Made by a program: the position numbers and the translations under genes | The notes under the pieces: generated by a model | What the model was told of the DNA's origin: nothing | Seen by the model: the letters and a program-made list of their open reading frames with translations, nothing else | Databases searched by the model: none | From: Spirochaetia bacterium | GTDB lineage: Bacteria; Spirochaetota; Spirochaetia; DSM-2461 | Assembly: GCA_963668315.1 (NCBI GenBank) | Contig: OY764216.1 | Location: 4,352,001-4,416,000 of the forward strand | Direction: 5' to 3' | Length of the DNA: 64,000 bases | Shown: positions 1 through 8,900 of the stretch, piece by piece | Numbering within the stretch: position 1 is the stretch's first letter | How the letters are laid out: every line of letters begins with the position of its first letter

Positions 1-1
1 C

Positions 2-355
2 AACTTCAACGACTGGTTTCCGGGAAAGGCCTACGATATGAGGGACCAGCCTTCGGTCGTTTACGCAGCCGATATAGATCTTTCCGATGACCGAACGGAG
101 TATGATCTCTCTATCCTGGGCTTTGTTCCCATGTACGAACGCTCCCGTTACGGGAACTTCTCCTTTACCACGGAAGATCAGAAAGCCTATGAGGCCGGAA
201 CACTCGCCTTTGCCAAGGGTGAGATTTTCGAAGAGATGCGCTACATCACCCATGGCAGGAATACCGAAAAGGGAGTCATTAGCTTCGGCCCGGAAGACAG
301 GGCTCAAAGCGCGATCCGTTCGGTGACCGCCATTACGGCAACGGTGGAGAAGTAA
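2..355 (+). CDS. Hypothetical protein, 5'-truncated by the window edge (possibly DUF2271-like C-terminus)
   Basis: Frame is open from position 2 (NFNDWFPGKAYDMRDQPSVVYAADIDL...) to TAA at 353-355, and the next gene starts at 361. The QPSxxYxxxIDL stretch recalls DUF2271-type proteins; this is a weak recollection. Confidence 0.7.
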   Translation, partial: NFNDWFPGKAYDMRDQPSVVYAADIDLSDDRTEYDLSILGFVPMYERSRYGNFSFTTEDQKAYEAGTLAFAKGEIFEEMRYITHGRNTEKGVISFGPEDRAQSAIRSVTAITATVEK

Positions 356-360
356 TCTGC

Positions 361-2109
361 ATGATGTCCGAGAAGGGGAAGCTGCCGCTTTTTCTGATAA
401 TCTTCTGCGCTCTGCTGGCAGGATGTTCAGTCCTGGCGGAGGACAGCTTTCAGGAAAACAATGATGATCTTCCCTTTGTTCCCCCTCCGGACACTTCTGT
501 CAGACTGCCTGTCGGAATGAATCTCCACGGGCTGACCTACTACTCCCGGGCTCCCGTCTTCACCGACGCCATGACAACCGCCAGTAATCTGCTTACCTTC
601 TATACCGATGAACCGGGGTCTCCCTGGAATACGGGACTGGCCGGGGAGATTGGTAAAGACCGTTACGGTTATCCCCTCTCTCTACCCCAGAGGACAAGCG
701 ACGGGCATGACAGCCATGTCCGTTTTCTCATTAATAATTATTACAAAGGGCGGTATCGGGTCTTCTATGAGGGTGACGGTCTGCTTATCGCCGGCGGGGA
801 CCGGCTGAAGGAAGATGAGAAGGGACTCTATATTGATCTGACCGGAACGGGAAGCAATACCTGGATTGATATAAGAGAGAGCACACAGGGTAATCCCCTG
901 AGGAATATACATATCATTCCCGAGGAATACGGCCTGTACAGCAGTTCCGATTACAGCCCGGATCTCTTTCCCTTGTTCCTGCCCGCCTATCTGGAGGGAT
1001 TGGCTCCGTTCCATGCCCTTCGTTTTATGGACTGGATTAATACGAATAATTCCGTTCAGGTAGACTGGGGCCTCGGCTCATCCCATAACGCCACTCCCGG
1101 CGACTACAGTGATGACCGCATAACAATAAACCACTACTCCCAGGCGACCGGAAGGGGCATCAGCTTTGATTACGCCATTGAATTATGCAACGAACTTCAT
1201 GCCGATGCCTGGGTCTGTATTCCCCATATGGCCAGTGACGACTATATCCGGCACCTGGCCCGTCTCTGGAAAGAGAATCTGGATCCGGGACTGACGATTT
1301 ACCTGGAGTTCTCCAACGAAATGTGGAACTGGATCTTTGACCAGTCCCACTGGATTGACGAAAGCGGTACCTATCAGTCCTTCCCGGAACCGGTGGACTC
1401 CTCTGTAAAAACCGATCTGGAATACCTGGAAATCCACGGGGGCTTTCCCGAACAGGACGCCTATATGATGGCCCGCGCCTTTTCTCTCTGGTCTGAAGAG
1501 TTCGGAAGTGAATTTTCCTCCCGCGTGGTAAGGGTCGCCACGGGTCAGCACGCCTGGACGGGTAATTCACGGAGACTTCTGAACTATCTGTACAGTGATG
1601 ACGCCGCTTTCGGGGCCGTCGGATGCGACGCTCTGGCCGTGGGCGGCTATTTCAGTTTTTCCGAGGATAATCACGAAGAGTGGCTGACTCTGGGTAATGA
1701 TCTCGCCATGGAGCAGATCTACCGCGATACCTACGAAAATTTTCTGACCACCAGTAAGGTCTGGACGGAAGAATCCGCCGCCATCGCCGCCGATTTCGGA
1801 ATCGATTACCTGGTATACGAAGGGGGACAGCACATGCAGCCCTGGCATCAGGGGAGCCAGTGGAGTTACAATCAGCGCCTCTGGGACTTTCAGATAAACG
1901 AAAGGATGTATGACCTGTATATGCACAACTTCGATGTTCATGCAGAACCGGATGTAAACTGCAAGCTGTTTATGGCCTTCTCGTACATAGGAGTCAGGGA
2001 GAGCCAATACGGTTCCTGGGGTCACCTGGAGTCGCTTGACCAGATAGGAACAAACTACTCCGATGCGCCCAAATACCGGGCACTCCTTGATGTGAATACA
2101 GCCCGCTAG
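361..2109 (+). CDS. Lipoprotein, putative clan GH-A glycoside hydrolase (the kind often annotated 'cellulose-binding domain protein')
   Basis: Lipobox LAGC (Cys22). Motifs LRFMDW, DAWVCIPH, YLEFSNEMWN (acid/base-like NE) and YEGGQH (nucleophile-like). Next to a mannosidase and a LacI gene. Confidence 0.7.
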   Translation: MMSEKGKLPLFLIIFCALLAGCSVLAEDSFQENNDDLPFVPPPDTSVRLPVGMNLHGLTYYSRAPVFTDAMTTASNLLTFYTDEPGSPWNTGLAGEIGKDRYGYPLSLPQRTSDGHDSHVRFLINNYYKGRYRVFYEGDGLLIAGGDRLKEDEKGLYIDLTGTGSNTWIDIRESTQGNPLRNIHIIPEEYGLYSSSDYSPDLFPLFLPAYLEGLAPFHALRFMDWINTNNSVQVDWGLGSSHNATPGDYSDDRITINHYSQATGRGISFDYAIELCNELHADAWVCIPHMASDDYIRHLARLWKENLDPGLTIYLEFSNEMWNWIFDQSHWIDESGTYQSFPEPVDSSVKTDLEYLEIHGGFPEQDAYMMARAFSLWSEEFGSEFSSRVVRVATGQHAWTGNSRRLLNYLYSDDAAFGAVGCDALAVGGYFSFSEDNHEEWLTLGNDLAMEQIYRDTYENFLTTSKVWTEESAAIAADFGIDYLVYEGGQHMQPWHQGSQWSYNQRLWDFQINERMYDLYMHNFDVHAEPDVNCKLFMAFSYIGVRESQYGSWGHLESLDQIGTNYSDAPKYRALLDVNTAR

Positions 2110-2139
2110 GGAAAACAGCCCGGGAATACCCTGGGGTTC

Positions 2140-3108
2140 CTACTCCCCTTGAATTCTGAAATTCTTCAGAGGAACGATAATTTTCCTCTCCCCTGTCCCC
2201 TTGTTCTCCTTCGGATAGTTTAAGAGCAAGTGACACGCCCTGAAAGCCATCTCCTCAAAATCCTGCTCGCAGACGTAGACTTCGGATGCCGGATAGAGCG
2301 ATCCCGGCCATTCGTCAAACACCCCGCATAAAACGCATTTATCAGAGAGACCGGATGCCCGATCATTCATAAGAGAAAGAACATGCCCGTAATGGGTCGC
2401 TATAATCCCGATTTTGTCCGCCCCCGCGACAGGTACAGGACCGGAGAAAGGATCATCGGGGAACAGGATGACCGGCTCCACTCCCCTTTCCCTGCAGGCG
2501 TCGACGGCTCCGGCCACACGGGCTTCCTCCACCCCGTTCTGCTGCCGGGAAAGAATCAGGATGGTCTCACAGCCCCTGGCCAGCAGCCTCCTGGCCAGGC
2601 CTTCCCCCCCGGTCCGGTTATCCGAAGTCACCACAGGAAAGGAGGGCATCCCATCCCAGCGGTCCAGATATACCAGGGGGAAATTTCTCTGGGCCAGGCG
2701 GTGTAAAATCTTTTCCGCCCGGGGAGAGAGGTTCGTTCCCGGAATGATCATGGCGCCGTCAAAAAGATTCTGCTCCAGCCGGGCTACCTGCCTTTCGAAG
2801 GTCTTTTCGCTCCTGCCGGTCAGGGAGATCATCAGGTCGTAATTCCTCTCCTGCAGCCAGGTGCTGGCATACTGGGCGGGAAGCCTTTCCATGGGAACGT
2901 TCAGGCTCGAAACGATCAGGGCAATGGTCCGGCTTTTTCCGCTGACCAGGTGCCGGGCCGCCAGATTCGGCGTATAGTGCAGCGCTTCAGCCGCATCCCG
3001 CACCCTGTCCCGGGTTTCCGGTTTCACCCGCTCATCCCCGCGGAGCGCCCGGGACACGGTGGAGATATCCACACCGCACCGGACGGCCACATCTTTCAGC
3101 GTTGCCAC
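2140..3108 (-). CDS. LacI-family transcriptional regulator
   Basis: N-terminal ATLKDVAVRCGVDISTVSRAL helix-turn-helix, YTPNLAARHL hinge, and a sugar-binding-type effector domain. Overlaps the 3' end of the mannosidase gene. Confidence 0.95.
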   Translation of the reverse strand: MATLKDVAVRCGVDISTVSRALRGDERVKPETRDRVRDAAEALHYTPNLAARHLVSGKSRTIALIVSSLNVPMERLPAQYASTWLQERNYDLMISLTGRSEKTFERQVARLEQNLFDGAMIIPGTNLSPRAEKILHRLAQRNFPLVYLDRWDGMPSFPVVTSDNRTGGEGLARRLLARGCETILILSRQQNGVEEARVAGAVDACRERGVEPVILFPDDPFSGPVPVAGADKIGIIATHYGHVLSLMNDRASGLSDKCVLCGVFDEWPGSLYPASEVYVCEQDFEEMAFRACHLLLNYPKENKGTGERKIIVPLKNFRIQGE

Positions 3109-6100
3109 AGCCGGTAAGTCCTGATCTCAAAGGGTTTGAGGGAGATCTCCACTTCATCCTTCCCTTCTATCCTGTCACCCAGGAGATTCCACTCCATCAT
3201 ATCCGTTTCGGCAATCGATCTATTGCCGCCGTTCAGCATCAGGGTGCCCGATGAATTTTTACCCCGCAGTTCCACGAAACGGAGGACCAGGCTGTCATCC
3301 TTCTCGGATTTTTTCACCACCTCCAGAGAGATAACCTTCGAATCAAAGGTACAGGGAACGGCAATTTTCCCCATGAGTTCTCCGGCGGCGCAGTAGGGTT
3401 TCTGATTCAGCATGGCGCCCGCCTGATAGACGGAAGACTCTTCCAGACGACCCCTGTGGGGCATGAAGGCATAGGTAAATTCGTGCTCCCCGTAATCGGC
3501 ATCGGGATCGGGGTAGTTGGGAGAGCGGAGCAGATTCAGATCCAGTACATTCTCATGCACCTTGTAGCCGTACTTGCAGTCGTTCAGGAGGGCGGCTCCG
3601 TAGTCTTCACAGGAAAGATCCACGAACTTATGGGCCGCCGCCTCGAATTTGGCCATATCCCAGCTGGTATTCCTGTGGGTATTCCGCTTGACCGTACCGT
3701 ACTGGATATCGTAGGAGGCCTGATCGGCACGCACGTCCACGGGAAAACTGACCCGGAGCATCTTGTGCATTTCCCTCCAGTCCGCATGGGTATGGAAGCG
3801 GATCATCGGGGAATCTTCGGGCAGGACAATCTCCTGGGTCAGCCTGGATTCGCCCACCGTAAAGGTGAAGCGCAGTCCCTGACTGACGGGCCCCTTTTCC
3901 AGACCCTCCCATCCGGTCAGCACACCCTCGGCCATTTTCTGATTCTCATAAAAAATATCCACGTCCCAGGCATCGTACTGGTTGGGGACATCTTCGAACA
4001 GGCTGAAGACATTTCCCGGCCCGGCCATCATTTCCCGGTTCATCTCCTTGTCAAAACAGCCGGTCATGCGGCCCTTCTCGTCAAAGGTATAGCGGACAAG
4101 ACCGTTTTCAAGGACAAGGGCGGATTTCTCTGTAGAGACTGATTTCGGGGCGCCCTTTTGAATCCTTGTGAGGCTCATGGGCGGCAGAGGAGCGTTCAGG
4201 TACAGGCGGCTGCCCGTTTTCTGAACCTCCAGAGAGCGGCCCTCCCCGTCAAGGATCTCACAGCCCTCCCAGGAGAGGGGCAACTCGACCGGTTCGGAAT
4301 ATTCATGGGAGAGAATGTTGACCAGGGTGATGACATTTTCATCGGGAGTCAGCAGGGCTTGTTCCAGCTCATCCAGCTCGGAGAACAGTTTCTCATAGGT
4401 GGCATGGGCATCTTTGTAGACCCGGTTTATACTCGACCCGGGGATTATATCATGAAAATGGAGACAGAGCATATCTTTCCAGATGCGGTCCAGCTTTTCC
4501 GAAGGGTAACCGGCCAGATCGAAAAGGGAGTAGAGGAACTCCACCCGGCGGAGACGCTGTTCCATGAGGCGGTTGCGCTTCTTGACCAGAGCCTGGGTCG
4601 TCAGGGTGCCCCGGTGGTACTCCAGATAAAGTTCGCCGGACCAGACCGACAGCTCCTCCTTCCTCTCCGCCAGACGGTCAAAGAAATCATCGGCCCTGCC
4701 GAAAACGACCTGGGGCGTCCCCTCCAGATTCCCCTGTCTCAGACCGGCTTCGATCTGTTCCGCCTTGGGGCCGCCGCCCCCGTCACCTACGCCGAAGAGG
4801 ACCATAAACTCATCGAGGAAGGCTTTTTCCCCGAACTTCTCACCCGCCTTGCGCAGGCTGTCGGCAAAGAGATTGCTGTTATAGGTATCTTCCGGGGGAA
4901 AATGGGTCAGGACCTCGCTCCCGTCAATTCCCCGCCAGGTAAAGGTATGGTGGGGAAACTTGTTGAACTGGCTCCAGGAAATCTTCTGGGTAAGGAAAAA
5001 ATCTACCCCGCACTTTTTCATGATCTGGGGCATGGCGGCGGAATATCCGAACACATCGGGTATCCAGAGATTGCGGACATCCTCGCCGAACTCATCCCGG
5101 TAAAAATTCTTTCCGTGGAGAAACTGGCGGACCATGGACTCTCCGGAGATCACGTTGCAGTCGGCCTCGACCCACATGCCGCCCTGAAGCTCCCAGCGCC
5201 CCTCCTTCACCCTGGCCTTGATCCGCTCATAGAGATCGGGATAGTGCTTCTTCGTAAATTCGTAGTGCTGCGGCTGGGACGCCCCGAAAATGTACTCGGG
5301 ATAGCGTTCCATCAGGTCAAGCTGGCTGGAGAAAGTACGGCCGCATTTGCGGATAGATTCCCGGATGGGCCAGAGCCAGGCCGTATCGATATGAGCATGC
5401 CCCACGCTGACGGCCTTCAGATCCGATTCCCGGGCGGGCTGATTCAGGGCTTCGGCCAGAATAGTCCGGCAGGCGGAAATATCTTCCGGTCCGTAATGGG
5501 CATCCATGGCTTTTCCCAGAGTCCTCAGTATGCGGGCCCGGCGGACCGATTCAGCGGGCAGACCTATCATAAGCCGGTAAAGACAGGCGAAATCCATGGT
5601 GAACTGGAAATATTCCGGGCTGAACCGGCAGAGCTTCAGCTGCCTGACCTTGCCGTCATAGTGGCCGTGTCTCTTCGGGGCATGGCGGCGGGGATCCTGC
5701 TCTTTCTCGATTCCCATGAGATTGCTCGCCGAAGCTTCCACAATCAGGCTGATCTCTTCCCCGCCGTCGCAGCTCTTTGCCAGAGGACGCCAGAGTCGGG
5801 TATAATCGGACCAGAAAACAGAACTGTCGGAGAGTCCCTGAAGGGCGTTCCCCTCACCATCAAAAAGCAGAGCTTCCCCGCTGAAATCAAGGTAGGCCGC
5901 CAAAGCGGAACCTTTCCATGCTTCGGGAACGCGGGCGGTCAAATGAAACCAGGCGCTGTCCCACTCCTTACCCCAGCTCTCCCCCTCGGAAATAGGTTTC
6001 CATCCGTCGCTGCGGTCATTGGTCAGTCTTTCGGCGAAAGGGACGGGTTCATCGGACCGGTTAAAGGTCGCCTCGAATAGTACGGATTCACGACTCCACA

Positions 6101-6167
6101 GGGTGGGAAGCTTTTCAAGGAACTTCTCCGCCCGCCGTATATGCAGTTCTAACTCTTCTTTATGCAC
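3096..6167 (-). CDS. Alpha-mannosidase, glycoside hydrolase family 38
   Basis: GHAHIDTAWLWP, GGMWVEAD, WIPDVFGY (nucleophile Asp), GDGGGGP, ELYLEYHRGT, HFHDIIPGSS. Probable GTG start at 6167 after GGGAG. Confidence 0.95.
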   Translation of the reverse strand: MHKEELELHIRRAEKFLEKLPTLWSRESVLFEATFNRSDEPVPFAERLTNDRSDGWKPISEGESWGKEWDSAWFHLTARVPEAWKGSALAAYLDFSGEALLFDGEGNALQGLSDSSVFWSDYTRLWRPLAKSCDGGEEISLIVEASASNLMGIEKEQDPRRHAPKRHGHYDGKVRQLKLCRFSPEYFQFTMDFACLYRLMIGLPAESVRRARILRTLGKAMDAHYGPEDISACRTILAEALNQPARESDLKAVSVGHAHIDTAWLWPIRESIRKCGRTFSSQLDLMERYPEYIFGASQPQHYEFTKKHYPDLYERIKARVKEGRWELQGGMWVEADCNVISGESMVRQFLHGKNFYRDEFGEDVRNLWIPDVFGYSAAMPQIMKKCGVDFFLTQKISWSQFNKFPHHTFTWRGIDGSEVLTHFPPEDTYNSNLFADSLRKAGEKFGEKAFLDEFMVLFGVGDGGGGPKAEQIEAGLRQGNLEGTPQVVFGRADDFFDRLAERKEELSVWSGELYLEYHRGTLTTQALVKKRNRLMEQRLRRVEFLYSLFDLAGYPSEKLDRIWKDMLCLHFHDIIPGSSINRVYKDAHATYEKLFSELDELEQALLTPDENVITLVNILSHEYSEPVELPLSWEGCEILDGEGRSLEVQKTGSRLYLNAPLPPMSLTRIQKGAPKSVSTEKSALVLENGLVRYTFDEKGRMTGCFDKEMNREMMAGPGNVFSLFEDVPNQYDAWDVDIFYENQKMAEGVLTGWEGLEKGPVSQGLRFTFTVGESRLTQEIVLPEDSPMIRFHTHADWREMHKMLRVSFPVDVRADQASYDIQYGTVKRNTHRNTSWDMAKFEAAAHKFVDLSCEDYGAALLNDCKYGYKVHENVLDLNLLRSPNYPDPDADYGEHEFTYAFMPHRGRLEESSVYQAGAMLNQKPYCAAGELMGKIAVPCTFDSKVISLEVVKKSEKDDSLVLRFVELRGKNSSGTLMLNGGNRSIAETDMMEWNLLGDRIEGKDEVEISLKPFEIRTYRLWQR

Positions 6168-6179
6168 AGTTGACTCCCG

Positions 6180-6250
6180 ATACAAAGGTTTGTATTCTCG
6201 GGATTCATCATATCACGGAGATAGGAAAAGTCAATACAAAGGTTTGTATT
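6180..6250 (-). promoter_or_regulatory. Sigma70 promoter of the mannosidase-lacI operon, flanked by two identical 17-bp pseudo-palindromic operators
   Basis: ATACAAAGGTTTGTATT at 6180-6196 and 6234-6250. Minus-strand -35 TTGACT (6229-6234), 16-bp spacer, TGn-extended -10 TATGAT (6207-6212). Confidence 0.8.
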
Positions 6251-6299
6251 TCTTATGAAAAGCCTTTCCCGATGATACAGCCCATGGACTATCGGGGAA

Positions 6300-7226
6300 T
6301 CAGAAGGTTTCCCGCAGCTTTTTCAGCACCTGTTCGAAGGCTTCGGGCAGAGGGGCCTCGAAAGTCTGAGGCTCCTCCTCTCCGGGGAGGGTTATGGCCA
6401 GCTTCCAGGAGTGCAGCATCAGGGGAGCATCGGGAAAATGGTTATCCTTCCGGCCGTAGATGGGATCGCCAAGAATCGGCTTATTCAGAGATTTCATATG
6501 AACGCGGATCTGATGGGTCCGTCCCGTATGGATGCGGATCTCGAGGAGAGTGTATTTATCAAAGCGCTCCCTGACAATATAATCGGACTGGGACCATTTG
6601 CCCCGTTCTTCATCGACAAGAACAAATTTTTTCCGGTCCCGCTTATCCCTGACCATATACCCTTCTATCGTACCCGTAGAAGAGGGGGGGCTTCCCTTGA
6701 TGACGGCCAGATAGACCTTTTCCGTCTCCCGCTCCCGGAACTGTTCGGAAAGCATTTCAAGGGTTTCCCTGTCCTTGGCGGTAATGAGAACACCGGTCGT
6801 GTCCTTATCCAGCCTGTGAACGATGCCGGGCCTCCCCTCTTCCGAATCGAACTCCTCGGCCATTTCCCTGTTATGATGGAGCAATCCCTGCACCACCGTG
6901 CCGGTCCAGTTTCCCGCCGCCGGATGCACCACCATACCGGCCGGTTTGTTTATCACCACCACATGGGAATCCTCATAAATAACAGGCAGATCCAGATTTT
7001 CCGGTTCCAGTGTATGCTCCGTCTCTTCCTGCCACACTAGGAAAAGATTATCCCCGTCCTTTACCTTCTGGGAGAGTTTGATCTCCCGGCCCCCTTCCTT
7101 ATCATAGATGTGAAGATCACGGGCCTTTATCTGTCCCCTGGTCAGGATCTCCGCCCGGGCGATATAGCGGTCGGCCCGCTCTGTCATACTGTCGGGCAGC
7201 TGAACGGTGATATTACGGTTTATCAT
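6300..7226 (-). CDS. rluD: RluA/RluD-family 23S rRNA pseudouridine synthase
   Basis: VINKPAGMVVHP, RPGIVHRLDKDTTG, TGRTHQIRVH, PILGDPIYG. Likely start is ATG 7226. Confidence 0.9.
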   Translation of the reverse strand: MINRNITVQLPDSMTERADRYIARAEILTRGQIKARDLHIYDKEGGREIKLSQKVKDGDNLFLVWQEETEHTLEPENLDLPVIYEDSHVVVINKPAGMVVHPAAGNWTGTVVQGLLHHNREMAEEFDSEEGRPGIVHRLDKDTTGVLITAKDRETLEMLSEQFRERETEKVYLAVIKGSPPSSTGTIEGYMVRDKRDRKKFVLVDEERGKWSQSDYIVRERFDKYTLLEIRIHTGRTHQIRVHMKSLNKPILGDPIYGRKDNHFPDAPLMLHSWKLAITLPGEEEPQTFEAPLPEAFEQVLKKLRETF

Positions 7227-7569
7227 CTTTTTGTAATTCTCCCACAATAAAATCGGCCAGAGCCAGTATCCCCGAAAGGGAGACGCTTATGCTCATTTTC
7301 TGGCCCAATACGTCGTTCGTGTCAGCAGGCGGGGAGGCGGAACTCATGTCAAAATACATATCGTACCCCAGACTGGTGAACATATAGAAGAGAGGCAGGG
7401 CCCCGAAAAAAAGGACTTCCCCCCTCCTTAATTTCCCCAAAGCCGGGGAAAACTCATCTTCCTGATAGGGAACGGGTTCACTCTCTCCTGTCTGTTTCGT
7501 CTGCGTCCCCGTTGTGGCGCAGGAAAAAGAAAAAATCAGAATAAGAAAGCAAAGGGTAAATCGCTTCAA
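7213..7569 (-). CDS. Hypothetical membrane lipoprotein
   Basis: Signal peptide ending FSFSC and two hydrophobic segments. Overlaps both neighbours as part of an operon. Confidence 0.75.
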   Translation of the reverse strand: MKRFTLCFLILIFSFSCATTGTQTKQTGESEPVPYQEDEFSPALGKLRRGEVLFFGALPLFYMFTSLGYDMYFDMSSASPPADTNDVLGQKMSISVSLSGILALADFIVGELQKDDKP

Positions 7570-8255
7570 TAGTTCCTGGCTCCGAATATAGCCGTTCCCA
7601 CCCGGATAATGGTAGCTCCTTCTTCAATGGCTTCCACATAGTCTCCCGACATCCCCATGGATAATTCGGAAAAATCCTGATCGGGAAAACGCTTCTGCGC
7701 CTCGTCTCTCCATTCACGGCAGAGGCGGAATGTCCGGCGGATCAGATCCCTCTCCTCGATAAAGGGAGCCATGGTCATGAATCCCCTGACACGGATATGT
7801 CCGAGTTTCCCTATCCCGTCCAGTTCGGCCAGCATCTCTTCAAGGGATCTGTAGCCGGCTTTACTCTCTTCGCCGGAAGTATTCAGCTCGAGGAGAATGT
7901 CCTGGCAGCGGCCCATTTCCCCATTGACCTTATCCAGTTTAGCGGCCAGCTTCAGGGAATCCACCGAGTGGATCAGGCGGAACTTCCCCGCCGTCTTCCC
8001 AACCTTATTACTCTGAAGATGCCCGATCAGATCGATTTCCACACCGGCAGGCAGTTTCTCCAGCTTTTCCAGGGCTTCATCCACCCGGTTCTCCCCGAAC
8101 AGAGTTTCCCCCGCTTCACATGCTTCCAGCAGCGCTTCTATCGGATTTCTCTTACTGACAGGCAAAAGCCTGATCGACTGAGGATCCCGCCCGCAGCTGA
8201 GAGCGGTCCGGTTCAAGTTATCTTTTATCTTTTGTAGATTATCTGCGATGGCCAT
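7566..8255 (-). CDS. yggS: YggS/PLPBP pyridoxal-phosphate homeostasis protein
   Basis: LLPVSK (PLP lysine), FGENRVDE, IGHLQSNK, LSMGMSGD, IRVGTAIFG. Confidence 0.95.
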   Translation of the reverse strand: MAIADNLQKIKDNLNRTALSCGRDPQSIRLLPVSKRNPIEALLEACEAGETLFGENRVDEALEKLEKLPAGVEIDLIGHLQSNKVGKTAGKFRLIHSVDSLKLAAKLDKVNGEMGRCQDILLELNTSGEESKAGYRSLEEMLAELDGIGKLGHIRVRGFMTMAPFIEERDLIRRTFRLCREWRDEAQKRFPDQDFSELSMGMSGDYVEAIEEGATIIRVGTAIFGARNY

Positions 8256-8330
8256 GGGATAATTATAGACTGATTAAGCCGATTTGGGAACCATGAGGAA
8301 GTCCTGTCTGAACGTTCCCGGTCTGCCCGC

Positions 8331-8900
8331 TTATCCGGCTTCTCCCGTCCTTCTGAACTCCGTCTTCCGGATATAATACCACCTATGAAGGACCGGCTCG
8401 GGACTTTTCATCAGGACGTAGGGTTCCGTTCCGCCATAGGACATGCAAAGTTTCTTCAGGACCTTCTCGCTGGCCCTGTTTTCCAGATCACAGTAGGCTT
8501 TCATAATACTCAGGTCCAGATCTTCAAAGCAGAATTGAAGAATCCTTTGGGCCGCTTCGACCATCAAGCCCCGTCCCCAGTAGGGTTTGGCGATAATGTA
8601 ACCGAATTCTGCTCCGTTTATCTCCCTGTCCAGTGCATGAAGCCCGATGGTCCCAATCATTTTCCTGTCTTTTTTATGCAGGATGGCCCAGTCATAATAC
8701 ATCTCCCCGTCATACAGTTCCTGGGCGAGATCAATGAATTGAGCGGTTTTACCCTTTGATTCATGGGGGGGCCAGGACATGTATCGAACCGTTTCTTCAT
8801 CGGAAGTATAGGCGTACATGTCCTCAAGATGTTCAGGACTGATTTTCACGAGACGGAGACGATCCGTTTCCATCTCTCTGAATTTGTACTCTTCGGTCAA
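8331..8900 (-). CDS. GNAT N-acetyltransferase, RimJ/RimL family
   Basis: ETDRLRL, AEFGYIIAKPYWGRGLMVEA, NRASEKVLKKLCM. Probable TTG start at 8900 overlapping the deoB stop; the ORF-track extension to 9071 lies inside deoB. Confidence 0.85.
   Translation of the reverse strand: MTEEYKFREMETDRLRLVKISPEHLEDMYAYTSDEETVRYMSWPPHESKGKTAQFIDLAQELYDGEMYYDWAILHKKDRKMIGTIGLHALDREINGAEFGYIIAKPYWGRGLMVEAAQRILQFCFEDLDLSIMKAYCDLENRASEKVLKKLCMSYGGTEPYVLMKSPEPVLHRWYYIRKTEFRRTGEAG

Noticed and set aside
4158..6080. 640-aa plus-strand ORF, and similar long antisense ORFs (22214-23770, 28273-30657, 46246-47793, 57385-58914, 59215-60765)
   Set aside because: They lie antisense to clearly identified genes and show no motifs; these are the shadow ORFs expected from biased codon usage.
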